Source of the DNA: Planktothrix sp. GU0601_MAG3 | Lineage (GTDB): Bacteria; Cyanobacteriota; Cyanobacteriia; Cyanobacteriales; Microcoleaceae | Direction of reading: 5' to 3' | DNA length: 64,000 nt | Assembly (NCBI GenBank): GCA_035193785.1 | Contig: CP136572.1 | Coordinates: 480,001-544,000, forward strand | Shown: piece by piece, positions 1 to 12,595 of the stretch | How the letters are laid out: each line of letters starts with the position of its first letter | How positions within the stretch are numbered: the stretch's first letter is position 1 | The notes under the pieces: model-generated | The model's database searches: none | Seen by the model: the letters and a program-made list of their open reading frames with translations, nothing else | Told to the model about the DNA's origin: nothing | Position numbers and translations under genes: made by a program

Positions 1-47
1 TTGCAGTTGAGCAAGTTTCTCTGCGGATAAATTAACCCCATCATTAG

Positions 48-73
48 TTACAATTCCAAAGTAATTAATTGGG
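48..73 (-). pseudogene. 26-nt remnant of the 3' end of the TIGR03032-domain gene (...QLITLEL*)
   Basis: Reverse complement reads CAA TTA ATT ACT TTG GAA TTG TAA, matching the end of the 12596..15731 gene; same remnant at 3591-3616. Confidence 0.75.
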
Positions 74-110
74 GAAATTATCTATAAAATGAGCAGGATC
101 TCAGTCATGT

Positions 111-291
111 TCAATTAGGACAATTAGTTTCTAACCAACTGGATAAATCACCTACACTAGAAAAATCAAAAATAGCTTCAGCTAAAGCTGATAAATGCTC
201 CGATGATAGCTGTGATAAACTATCTTCTATTGATTGATTTAGTTCACCTAATTGCTTTTGAAATAGGCGTTTAATCAGATTTATTTGACCT
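111..291 (-). pseudogene. 3' fragment of Rpn/DUF4351-type gene
   Basis: Near-identical to 3654-3834, which encodes the ...QLGELNQSIEDSLSQLSSEHLSALAEAIFDFSSVGDLSSWLETN C-terminus. Confidence 0.7.
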
Positions 292-503
292 CGACTTTTT
301 TTATGATTCCTTTAAAATCACCCAGAGAAATATAAAGATTTGCAAAATTTTTTTTTTGAATGACTGATAATCGAAAATAAATTTGTTAAGTTAGTGAAGT
401 CAACATTATCGTCTGTCATCTGTCCAGAGGCATAAATATCGCCTCCTAAATTAAGTCAGGCGACAGACTCAACAAAAAACCATTTCAGCAGAACCAGAAA
501 CCA

Positions 504-3459
504 ATGAAAACTCTAACTCAAATTAACCACACCTCCGAAAAAAATTTTTTGACTGGGAATTTTTTGAGCCAAAATCCCAAGTCAATGGTGATCCTTGACC
601 CCACCATACCCGATAGTAATCATATAGCCCAAGGCATCAAACCCGGCACGGAAACCTATATCCTCGAAAGCCAGCCTAATGCCATAGAGCAAATTACCAC
701 AATCCTAGCTCAACATACAGGCATTGAAGCCCTACACATCATCTCCCACGGTAGTCCGGGCAATCTTTACTTAGGGACAACAGAACTAAATAGCAGCAAC
801 ATCGAAAACTATAGCCAACAGTTGCAACAATGGCGAAACGCCTTCACAGCCCATGCCAGCATCATCTTATATGGATGCAACGTAGCCGAGGGGGACTCCG
901 GTAGCCAATTCCTAACTCAACTTTACCAACTGACAGGCGCCAACATCGCGGCCAACCCCAACCCTACAGGGAATGGGGAAAAAGGAGGCACCTGGAACAT
1001 CCGCCACCTCATCCCCCCATCCCCCCAAAAGCCTGAACTTGCCCTCACCGAAACCAGCCTCAAAACCTACAACGGTGTACTAGGCTTCGCCCCCAAAGTT
1101 GACTTCCCCACTGGCAATGGCCCCTACTCCGTCAGCATCGGCGACTTCAACGGCGACGGCAAACCCGACTTAGCAACGGCGAACGCTTGGAGCAGCACCG
1201 CCTCCATCCTGCTGAACACCACCGCCACGGTCGCCACCACCCCCACCTTCGCCACCAAAGTTGACTTCCCCACTGGCACTCGCCCCATGTCCGCCAGCAT
1301 CGGTGACATCAACGGCGACGGCAAACCCGACTTAGCAACGGCGAACTCCAACGGGAGCAGCGCCAGCGCCTCCATCCTGCTGAACACCACCGCCACGGGA
1401 GCCACCACCCCCACCTTCGCCACCAAAGTTGACTTCACACCTGGCTCTCAACCCTACTCCGTCAGCATGGGAGACATCAACGGCGACGGCAAACCCGACT
1501 TAGCTGTGGCGAACTTCGGCAGCACCAGCGTCTCCATCTTTCTCAACACCACCGCCACGGTCGCCACCACCCCCACCTTCGCCACCAAAGTTGACTTCCC
1601 CACTAGCCAAGGCTCCTTATCCGTCAGCATCGGTGACATCAACGGCGACGGCAAACCTGACTTAGCAACGGCGAACTACAACAGCCATAACGCCTCCATC
1701 CTGCTAAACACCACCGCCACGGGAGCCACCACCCCCACCTTCGCCACCAAAGTTGACTTCCCCACTGGCAGTAACAGTTTCCCCAAGTCCGTCAGCATCG
1801 GCGACATCAATGGCGACGGCAAACCTGACTTAGCAACGGCGAACACTTGGGGCAACAGCGCCTCCATCTTCCTCAACACCACCGCCACCGGAGCCACCTC
1901 CCCCACCTTCGCCACCAAAGTTGACTTCACCACTGGCACTAACCCCGTCTCCGTCAGCATCGGCGACATCAACGGCGACGGCAAACCCGACTTAGCAACG
2001 GCGAACAGGAGCAGCGCCAGCGCCTCCATCCTGCTGAACACCACCGCCACGGGAGCCACCACCCCCACCTTCGCCACCAAAGTTGACTTCACCTCTGGCA
2101 TGGGCATCACCGGCTCCTGCGGGGGCACTAATCCCATCTCCGTCAGCATCGGCGACATCAACGGCGACGGCAAACCCGACTTAGCTGTGGCGAAACCGGG
2201 GCGACTCCAGCGCCTCCATCTTCCTCAGCACCACTCCCAAAGTGACTGCGGTAACTGCTACCAACAGTGACAACAGCTACGGTGTAGGTTCTACTATTGG
2301 CATCACTGTCACCTTCGATGCTGCTGTGACTGTCACGGGTACGCCCCAACTGCAATTAGAAACAGGCACAACTGACCAATTTGCCACTTATGCTAGTGGT
2401 AGTGGCAGTAATGTACTCACTTTTAACTATGTAGTCCAAGCCGGAGACACCTCTGCTGACTTAGAATATCTTTCCACAACTGCCCTCACCCTTAACGGTG
2501 GCACAATAAAAGAGACTGCGGCTACAGCCTGGGATGCCGATTTAACCCTTCCCACCTTAGCCACAGCTAATTCCCTCGGTGGTAGCAAAGCCATCGTTAT
2601 TGATACCGTTGCACCCACCGTCACTTTAGCATCCCCATCCGCCACCACAGTTAACGGTTTATTTACCGTCACTGCCACCTTCAATGAAGATGTCACAGGA
2701 TTTGATAATACTGATATCACCGTAGCCAATGCAACTGTCAGTAACTTTGCCGCAGTTGATGCTAAAACCTACACCTTTGATGTGACTCCCACTGCTAATG
2801 GTAGTGTCACCGTAGATATTCCGGCGGCTACATCTGCTGATACTGCGGGTAATAATAATATTGCAGCAACTCAATTCACTCGCACTGCTAATATTACAAT
2901 ACCACCCACCGTCTCCGGTTCATCAAATAATGATATTCTCACTGGTAATGCCACTGGCGACCAAATCAACGGTTTAGCGGGTAGTGATATCCTCTATGGT
3001 AATGCCGGAAACGACACCATTGATGGCGGTGATGGTAACGATATTGCCTACGGTGGTAAAGATAACGATTTGCTCAACGGTGGCAATGGTAGCGATCGCC
3101 TTTATGGGGATGCAGGTAACGATACTGTCAATGGGGATGCGGGTAACGATGTCCTCTATGGAGGTGACGGTGACGATCTTCTCGATGGGGGTGCGGGTAG
3201 CGATCAACTTTATGGTAACGCCGGAATTGATACCTTTATTCTAGCATCAGGAATGGGTCTCGATTCTATCTACAAGTTTGAAAATGGCATAGACAAAATT
3301 CAATTAGACGATTTAACTTTCGCTGATTTACTGATTACCACAAGTGGTGCTAATACCCTAATTAAAATTGCTACCACGAAAGTTACCATCGCCTCTTTAC
3401 AGAATATCAATTCCAGCTTAATTGAAGCGACTGATTTTATTTCATCTCAGCTAGGCTAG
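504..3459 (+). CDS. Secreted DUF4347 / 7x FG-GAP beta-propeller / Ig-like / RTX Ca-binding protein (copy 1; apparent +1 frameshift at ~2193)
   Basis: HIISHGSPG and LYGCNVA motifs of DUF4347; seven GD(I/F)NGDGKPDL repeats; Thr-rich Ig-like domains; GGxGxD nonapeptides. Removing one A from GCGAAAC at 2192 joins ORFs 504..2270 and 2242..3459. Confidence 0.85.
1086..2240 (+). repeat. Seven ~170-200 bp FG-GAP tandem coding repeats (C-rich)
   Basis: Recurrent near-identical DNA scaffold gccaccaaagttgacttc...ggcgacatcaacggcgacggcaaacccgacttagc...tccatcctgctgaacaccacc. Confidence 0.95.
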
Positions 3460-3590
3460 AAAACCGATAACAGTAATTAGTGTAGAGACGTGCCACGGCG
3501 CGTCTCTAATACTGATCAGCAAAGAAGAATATTATCCGACTGCGTTGCAGTTGAGCAAGTTTCTCTGCGGATAAATTAACCCCATATCGG
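3460..3590. repeat. Conserved ~130-bp post-RTX spacer with REP-like hairpin (gtagagacgtgccacggcgcgtctcta)
   Basis: Near-identical copies at 7598-7729 and 12465-12595, and a partial copy at 1-47. Confidence 0.9.
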
Positions 3591-3653
3591 TTACAATTCC
3601 AAAGTAATTAATTGGGGAAATTATCTATAAAATGAGCAGGATCTCAGTCATGT

Positions 3654-4022
3654 TCAATTAGGACAATTAGTTTCTAACCAACTGGATAAATCACCTACAC
3701 TAGAAAAATCAAAAATAGCTTCAGCCAAAGCTGATAAATGCTCCGATGATAGCTGTGATAAACTATCTTCTATTGATTGATTTAGTTCACCTAATTGCCG
3801 TTGAAATAGGCGTTTAATCAGATTTATTTGACCTCTTTGCTCACCAATTTGTTCACCAATTTCAATACCTTCAGCCCGTCCTTGAGTCAGCCATTGAGTC
3901 AAACCTTCAGTTCGCTCTTGAGCCTTACCCAACTCAATAGCACCTATTCTTTCCCGTTCAATTTGATCCGAACCAAAGATTTTTTTAAAGGCGTAGTCTG
4001 TTTTAGGATTAATAAATTTCAT
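3654..4022 (-). pseudogene. Internally deleted Rpn-family (PD-(D/E)XK transposase-like) / DUF4351 gene
   Basis: N-terminus MKFINPKTDYAFKKIFGS is joined directly to the EG-repeat/DUF4351 C-terminus; the nuclease core is absent. Confidence 0.75.
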
Positions 4023-4364
4023 AATATCACGGGAGAATAATATATTACAGAGCAACGCAGATGGTTATTTATATAGACTTTTTTTGACTATAACACAAAC
4101 ACATAAAACCGACATAATTATAAACCCGCCCTTGCGCTCTGTCAAATCGCGACGACTTTTTTTATGATTCCTTTAAAATCACCCAGAGAAATATAAAGAT
4201 TTGCAATTTTTTTTTTTTATGACTGATAATCGAAAATCAACTTGTTAAGTTAGTGAAGTCAACATTATCGTCTGTCATTTGTCCAGAGGCATAAATATCG
4301 CCTCCTAAATTAAGTCAGGCGACAGACTCAACAAAAAACCATTTCGGCAGGATTCACCAAATCA

Positions 4365-7300
4365 ATGAAAACTCTAACTCAAATTAACCACACCTCCGAA
4401 AAAAATTTTTTGACTGGGAATTTTTTGAGCCAAAATCCCAAGTCAATGGTGATCCTTGACCCCACCATACCCGATAGTAATCATATAGTCCAAGGCATCA
4501 AACCCGGCACGGAAACCTACATCCTCGAAAGCCAGCCTAATGCCATAGAACAAATTACCACAATCCTAGCTCAACATACAGGCATTGAAGCCCTACACAT
4601 CATCTCCCACGGTAGTCCGGGCAACCTGTACTTAGGGACAACAGAAACTAAATAGCAGCAACATCGAAAACTACAGCCAACAGTTGCAACAATGGCGAAA
4701 CGCCCTCACACCCCATGCCAGCATCATCTTATATGGATGCAACGTAGCCGAGGGGGACTCCGGTAGCCAATTCCTGACTCAACTTTACCAACTGACAGGC
4801 GCCAACATCGCGGCCAACCCCAACCCTACAGGGAATGGAGAAAAAGGCGGCACCTGGAACATCCGCCACCTCATCCCCCCATCCCCCCAAAGGCCTGAAC
4901 TTGCCCTCACCGAAACCAGCCTCAAAACCTACAACGGTGTACTAGGCTTCGCCCCCAAAGTTGACTTCCCCACTGGCACTAGCCCCCGCTCCGTCAGCAT
5001 CGGCGACATCAACGGCGACGGCAAACCCGACTTAGCAACGGCGAACGCTTGGATCAACACCGCCTCCATCCTGCTGAACACCACCGCCACGGTCGCCACC
5101 ACCCCCACCTTCGCCACCAAAGTTGACTTCCCCACTGGCACTAGCCCCTACTCCGTCAGCATCGGCGACATCAACGGCGACGGCAAACCCGACTTAGCTG
5201 TGGCGAACTCCAACAGCAGCGGCACCGCCTCCATCCTGCTGAACACCACCGCCACGGTCGCCACCACCCCCACCTTCGCCACCAAAGTTGACTTCCCCAC
5301 TGGCACTCACCCCAACTCCGTCAGCATCGGCGACTTCAACGGCGACGGCAAACCCGACTTAGCAACGGCGAACCGATTCGGCAACACCGCCTCCATCCTG
5401 CTGAACACCACCGCCACGGGAGCCACCACCCCCACTTTCGCCACCAAAGTTGACTTCCCAACTAGCAATTTCCCCGCCTCCGTCAGCATCGGCGACATCA
5501 ACGGCGACGGGAAACCTGACTTAGCAACGGCGAACACCAACAGCAGCGGCACCGCCTCCATCCTGCTGAACACCACCGCCACCGGAGCCACCACCCCCAC
5601 CTTCGCCACCAAAGTTGACTTCCCCACTGGTAGTAGCCCCACCTCCGTCAGCATCGGCGACATCAACGGCGACGGCAAACCCGACTTAGCTGTGGCGAAC
5701 TACGTCAGCAACACCGCCTCCATCCTGCTGAACACCACCGCCACGGGAGCCACCACCCCCACCTTCGCCACCAAAGTTGACTTCACCACTGGCACTAACC
5801 CCGTCTCCGTCAGCATCGGCGACATCAACGGCGACGGCAAACCCGACTTAGCAACGACGAACTTTGGCAGCGCCACCGCCTCCATCCTGCTGAACACCAC
5901 CGCCACGGGAGCCACCACCCCCACCTTTGCCACCAAAGTTGACTTCACCTCTGGCATGGGCATCCCCGGCTCCTGCGGGGGCACTCGGCCCCGCTCCGTC
6001 AGCATCGGCGACATCAACGGCGACGGCAAACCCGACTTAGCTGTGGCGAAACCAGGGCGACTCCAGTGCCTCCATCTTCCTCAGCACCACTCCCAAAGTG
6101 ACTGCGGTAACTGCTACCAACCTTGACGGCAGTTACGGTGTCGGTTCTACTATTGGCATCACTGTCACCTTCGATGCTGCTGTGACTGTCACGGGTACGC
6201 CCCAACTGCAATTAGAAACAGGTACAACTGACCAATTTGCCACTTATGCTAGTGGTAGTGGCAGTAATATACTCACTTTTAACTATGTAGTCCAAGCCGG
6301 AGATACCTCCCTTGACTTAGAATACCTCTCTACAACTGCTCTGGCGCTTAACGGTGGCACAATTCAAGATAATTTGGCTACGAATGCGGATTTAACCCTT
6401 CCCGCTTTAGCCACGGCTAATTCCCTCGGTGGTAGTAAAGCCTTGGTTGTTGATGGCGTTGCACCCACAGTTGCTTTAACATCAACTTCCGCAGCAGCAG
6501 TTAACGGTTTATTTGCCGTTACCGCTACCTTCAGTGAAGATGTTAGTAATTTTATCAATACTGATATTACTGTAGCCAATGCAACTGTCAGTAACTTTAC
6601 CACAGTTGATGCTAAAACCTACACCTTTGATGTGACTCCAACTGCGGATGGTAATGTCACCGTAGATATTCCTGCGGCTACATCTGCTGATACTACGGGT
6701 AATAATAATACCGCAGCCACTCAACTAACTCGCACAGCAGATATTACCGCCCCAACTGTTAGTTTAACCTCAACTTCCCCAACCACAGTTAACGGTTTAT
6801 TTACCGTCACTGCCACCTTCAATGAAGATGTCACAGGATTTGATAATACTGATATCACCGTAGCCAATGCAACTGTCAGTAACTTTGCCGCAGTTGATAC
6901 TAAAACCTACACCTTTGATGTGACTCCCACTGCTAATGGTAGTGTCACCGTAGATATTCCGGCGGCTACATCTGCTGATACTGCGGGTAATAATAATATT
7001 GCAGCCACTCAATTCACTCGCACTGCTAATATTACAATACCACCCACCGTCTCCGGTTCATCAAATAATGATATTCTCACTGGTAATGCCACTGGCGACC
7101 AAATCAACGGTTTAGCGGGTAGTGATATCCTCTATGGTAATGCCGGAAACGACACCATTGATGGCGGTGATGGTAACGATATTGCCTACGGTGGTAAAGA
7201 CAACGATTTGCTCAACGGTGGCAATGGTAGCGATCGCCTTTATGGGGATGCAGGTAACGATACTGTCAATGGGGATGCAGGTAACGATGTCCTTTATGGA

Positions 7301-7597
7301 GGTGACGGTGACGATATCCTGAATGGCGGTGCGGGTAGCGATCAACTTTATGGTAACGCCGGAATTGATACCTTTATTCTAGCATCAGGAATGGGTCTCG
7401 ATTCTATCTACAAGTTTGAAAATGGCATAGACAAAATTCAATTAGACGATTTAACTTTCGCTGATTTACTGATTACCACAAGTGGTGCTAATACCCTAAT
7501 TAAAGTGTTAGCAACGGGAGTCACTATTGGGTCTTTACAGAATATCAATTCCAGCTTAATTGAAGCGACTGATTTTATTTCATCTCAGCTAACCTAG
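4365..7597 (+). CDS. Secreted DUF4347 / 7x FG-GAP / Ig-like / RTX protein (copy 2; apparent frameshifts at ~4645 and ~6049)
   Basis: Paralog of 504..3459 with one more Ig-like domain; both breaks are GAAC>GAAAC. Confidence 0.85.
4948..6096 (+). repeat. Seven FG-GAP tandem coding repeats (copy 2)
   Basis: Same scaffold as 1086-2240 with different loop codons. Confidence 0.95.
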
Positions 7598-7729
7598 AAA
7601 ACCGATAACAGTAATTAGTGTAGAGACGTGCCACGGCGCGTCTCTAATACTGATCAGCAAAGAAGAATATTATCCGACTGCGTTGCAGTTGAGCAAGTTT
7701 CTCTGCGGATAAATTAACCCCATCATTAG

Positions 7730-8093
7730 TTACAATTCCAAGGTAATTAATTGGGCAATTTCTTCGGTTTGGAAACCTAAAGCCATTGGTTTTTGTGCTT
7801 CAGGAATTATCTGCACATCATAAAGTTCTGTGACTATTCCTTCTAAACGCAACCAGTGAACAATTGTGCCTGTATTAATATCAATTACCATCATACCACA
7901 GCGCGGCTCGGCATCTTTTTGGGCGAGTAATTTATCTAATTCTAAACCGCCAAATGTCTTGTCATCTCCTCTGGGTTTGGAAAGTCCAACTATTGCCCAA
8001 TTTTTCCAAAATGCCAGTCCTCGTAAATAGCCCGGACAAAAGGCAATGGGGTTAAATTTCCCGGTATCTAAATCCACATATCCTAATTCTCCT
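7730..8093 (-). pseudogene. 5'-truncated duplicate of the TIGR03032 domain 3' end
   Basis: About 120 codons nearly identical in protein to the end of 12596..15731; homology stops abruptly at ~8093. Confidence 0.85.
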
Positions 8094-8147
8094 TAAATAG
8101 CTGCGCTAGTGCGATTGTAGCGAAAGCTAAATAATATAAATTACAGA

Positions 8148-8201
8148 ATGACTTGATTTATTCACGACAAATTGGCTAAAGATTACCTAGAAGAATTACT
8201 A
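8148..8201 (+). pseudogene. Relic N-terminus of a common cyanobacterial Rpn-like hypothetical family
   Basis: Reads MT*FIHDKLAKDYLEELL, resembling from memory MTRFIHDQFAKDYLEELL-type starts; in-frame stop and truncated. Confidence 0.45.
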
Positions 8202-8378
8202 ATATTATTTATTGACATCTACCTTTCGATAGATTTACAATATCATGGTTAGAGTTCTTACGCAGTTGGCGCATTAAACAAGAGGTACATAGTTGAACTT
8301 GGGCGCTTCTTAAGAGCGCTGAAGCGCAACTACATACCTAAGAATCAAATTCCTTTACAAAAAAACCGCTAATTCACT

Positions 8379-11300
8379 ATGACTAAGCAAATCATTTTTG
8401 TTGACTCCTCAGTACAAGACTATCAAAGCCTAATTCATAACGCCGATGATGCTCAAATCGTCATTCTCAATGAAAATTTGAGCGGCATCGAACAAATTAC
8501 TAACGCTTTAGCCAATCAAAAAGATATTTCAGCCGTACAAATACTTTCTCACGGTAGCGAAGGCAGTTTAAAACTGGGTACAGATGTACTGAATGGGACT
8601 GATATAGAAAATTTCAACACTCAGCTACAACAGTGGGGAAATGCCCTAACTGAAAATGGCGATATCCTATTATATGGATGCGATGTAGCCGCCGGAGAAA
8701 CTGGCAAGAATTTTGTTAAACGATTAAGTGAAATCACCGAGGCAGATGTCGCCGCCTCTAACGACTTAACCGGAAATCAAGCATTAGGTGGCGACTGGGA
8801 TTTAGAAATAGCAACGGGTAAGATAGAAGCCGCCGTGCCCTTTAATCAGGAGGCGATGAAAGATTATGAATCTACACTGGCGAATTATAATGTCACGGTG
8901 GCAACCGATGATGGCACTGGCACTGTAGCCGGCACATTAAGCAAAGCGATTTTAGATGCGAATGCCTCGGTGGGGGTAGATGACACTATTACCCTTACTA
9001 AAAATGTCCGATTTACGGCAGTTTCCCCAAGTTCTGATTGACAGCAATATCGCTTTTATTGGTGGCGGTTTTACCGTTAGCGGGGATGCCAATAACAATA
9101 GTGGCAATGACGCGGGTGATGTTCGTCCCTTCTTTATCAAGTCTGGAACTGTTGGCTTCTCCAACCTGACCATTACCGGAGGTCGAGCGCAAGGCGGAAA
9201 TGGCAGCACGGCTAACAGCGGCGGCGGCGGCGGTGCTGCTGGCATGGGTGGCGCGTTATTTATCTATAACGGCAGTGTGACAATTGATAATGTCACTTTT
9301 ACCAGTAACCAGGCGATCGGCGGGAGCAGCGCCAATAATGGTAAATTCCTCGGCGGCGGTGGCGGGTTTGGCGGTAACAGCGGTGGCGGGTTTGGCGTTT
9401 CTGGCGGCAACGGCGGCGGCGGGTTTGGTGGCAACGGCGGCGATAACTTTAGCGCCAATAACAGTGGTTCTGGCGGTTCTGGCGGGGCTTTCGGCGGCAG
9501 CGGTGGTATCGGAGGCACTTCAGCCAGTAATGCTGGTAATGGCACTGGTGGCGGCGGTGGCGGTGCCGGTTGGGGCAGTACCAGCGGAGGCAACGGTGCA
9601 TTCGGCGGCGGCGGCGGTTCTGCTGGCGACCAAGCCCATTTGAATGGTGGTTGGGGTGGCTTTGGTGGTGGCGGCGGTGCTGCTGCTAACTTAGGTGGCA
9701 GAGGTGGCTTTGGCGGTGGCGGCGGTGTGAGTATTCACACTAACAACCCAGGCGCAGGTGGCTTTGGCGGTGGTGCCGGTGGCGGTACTACAAACTATTC
9801 CGCCATGCTCCCTGGTGGTGGCGGTGCAGGATTAGGGGGCGCGATTTTTGTCAGAGAAGGCTCTTTAACCCTACAAAACACCACCTTCACCAACAACACC
9901 ACGACAGGCGGCACGGGAGCGAATAGTGGCAAAGCCCTGGCAGGCGCGATTTTTGTGCTGGATGCAGCCGCACAAACGGCACAAACCACCCAAGGCAACA
10001 CTCAGGGAATGCCCGCGGCCCTTCCCACCGTCACTGCCCTTGGTTTCCTACGCACCAGTGGCAATACTGCTGCTCAGAACGCAAGCACTACCACAGATAA
10101 TAACGATATCTACGGGACAATTATCAACACCGCCCCTGTCCTTGCCGATACCGTCGTCACCCTCAATTCTGTCCTAGAAGATGCAGTTGCACCCACAGGC
10201 GCTGTCGGCACACTCATCTCTGCCATTGCTACCATCGGTACAAACATCACCGACCCCGACACTGGCGCAGTCCCAGGGGTAGCCATCACCGCCGCCGACA
10301 CCACTAACGGCAGTTGGTTTTACACCATAGATGGCGGTACGACTTGGACTGCTTTGGGCGCAGTATCCAATACCAACGCTCGCTTACTGGCCGCTAATGC
10401 CAACACCCGTATCTACTTCCAACCAACCACTGCCAACTACAACGGCACTGTCACCAACGGCGTCACCTTCCGCGCTTGGGATCAAATGACTGGCACCAAC
10501 GGCGGCACAGCCAACACCAGTACCAACGGTAGTATAACTGCCTTCAGCACCGCCACAGATACCGCAGCCATCACCGTTACCCCAGTTAACGACCAACCCA
10601 GTTTCACCGCCACCAACCCAACGGCAATTAACGAAGATGCGGGAGCGCAAACAGTAACGGGTTGGGCAACTTTCACTTCCGGCCCCGCCAACGAATCCGC
10701 CCAAACTGCCACTTATACTGTTAGTAACATTGGCACTCCTGGCTTATTTGCCACAGCACCCGCAATAGACGCCAATGGGAATCTTACTTACACCCCCGCA
10801 GCCGATGCCAACGGCACTTCTACCTTTGATGTTGTCGTCCAAGATAGTGGCGGTACTGCTAACGGCGGTTTGGATACTTCTACAACTCAAACCTTTACTA
10901 TTACTGTTAACCCTGTTAACGACCAACCCAGTTTCACCGCCACCAACCCAACGGCAATTAACGAAGATGCGGGAGCGCAAACAGTAACGGGTTGGGCAAC
11001 TTTCACTTCCGGCCCCGCCAACGAATCCGCCCAAACTGCCACTTATACTGTTAGTAACATTGGCACTCCTGGCTTATTTGCCACAGCACCCGCAATAGAC
11101 GCCAATGGGAATCTTACTTACACCCCCGCAGCCGATGCCAACGGCACTTCTACCTTTGATGTTGTCGTCCAAGATAGTGGCGGTACTGCTAACGGCGGTT
11201 TGGATACTTCTACAACTCAAACCTTTACTATTACTGTTAACCCTGTTAACGACCAACCCAGTTTCACCGCCACCAACCCAACGGCAATTAACGAAGATGC

Positions 11301-12464
11301 GGGAGCGCAAACAGTAACGGGTTGGGCAACTTTCACTTCCGGCCCCGCCAACGAATCCGCCCAAACTGCCACCTATACTGTTAGTAACATTGGCACTCCT
11401 AGCTTATTTGCCACAGCACCCGCAATAGACGCCAATGGGAATCTTACTTACACCCCCGCAGCCGATGCCAACGGCACTTCTACCTTTGATGTTGTCGTCC
11501 AAGATAGTGGCGGTACTGCTAACGGCGGTTTGGATACTTCTACAACTCAAACCTTTACTATTACTGTTAACCCTGTTAACGACCAACCCAGTTTCACCGC
11601 CACCAACCCAACGGCAATTAACGAAGATGCGGGAGCGCAAACAGTAACGGGTTGGGCAACTTTCACTTCCGGCCCCGCCAACGAATCCGCCCAAACTGCC
11701 ACTTATACTGTTAGTAACATTGGCACTCCTAGCTTATTTGCCACAGCACCCGCAATAGACGCCAATGGGAATCTTACTTACACCCCCGCAGCCGATGCCA
11801 ACGGCACTTCTACCTTTGATGTTGTCGTCCAAGATAGTGGCGGTATACTGCTAACGGCGGTTTGGATACTTCTACAACTCAAACCTTTACTATTACTGTT
11901 AACCCTGTTAACAACATCTCCGGTACACCAAATAATGATATTCTCAGTGGTAATGCGACTAACGACCAAATCAATGGTTTAGGGGGTAGTGATATCCTCT
12001 ACGGTAAAGCTGGAAACGATATTATTGATGGCGGTGATGGTAACGATATTGCCTACGGTGGTAATGATCACGATTTGCTCAACGGTGGCAATGGTAGCGA
12101 TCGCCTTTATGGAGATGCAGGTAACGATACTGTCAATGGGGATGCGGGTAACGATGTCCTTTATGGAGGTGACGGTGACGATCTTCTCGATGGGGGTGCG
12201 GGTAGCGATCAACTTTATGGTAACGCCGGAATTGATACCTTTATTCTAGCATCAGGAATGGGTCTCGATTCTATCTACAGGTTTGAAAATGGCATAGACA
12301 AAATTCAATTAGACGATTTAACTTTCGCTGATTTACTGATTACCACAAGTGGTGCTAATACCCTAATTAAACTCGCTACCACGAAAGTTACCATCGCCTC
12401 TTTACAGAATATCAATTCCAGCTTAATTGAGGCGACTGATTTTATTGAATCTCAGCTAACCTAG
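8379..12464 (+). CDS. Secreted DUF4347 / glycine-rich / 4x cadherin-Ig-like repeat / RTX protein (apparent frameshifts at ~9022 and ~11845)
   Basis: DUF4347 (ILSHGSEG, LYGCDVA, GGDWDLE); PGRS-like Gly-rich region; VNPVND repeats; RTX C-terminus nearly identical to copies 1 and 2. Confidence 0.85.
10591..11912 (+). repeat. Four near-identical 330-bp tandem repeats (110-aa Ig/cadherin-like domain)
   Basis: gaccaacccagtttcaccgcc starts at 10591, 10921, 11251 and 11581. Confidence 0.97.
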
Positions 12465-12595
12465 AAAACTGATAACAGTAATTAGTGTAGAGACGTGCCA
12501 CGGCGCGTCTCTAATACTGATCAGCAAAGAAGAATATTATCCGACTGCGTTGCAGTTGAGCAAGTTTCTCTGCGGATAAATTAACCCCATATCGG

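Noticed and set aside
1086..6096. Diversity-generating retroelement acting on the FG-GAP loops
   Set aside because: NNC/NNT codons are suggestive, but scaffold adenines are invariant, loops vary in length, and no reverse transcriptase or template repeat is in the window.
1124..12249. Many antisense and alternate-frame ORFs over the FG-GAP, Gly-rich, Ig and RTX regions
   Set aside because: Shadows of repetitive, codon-biased sense genes; no independent motifs.
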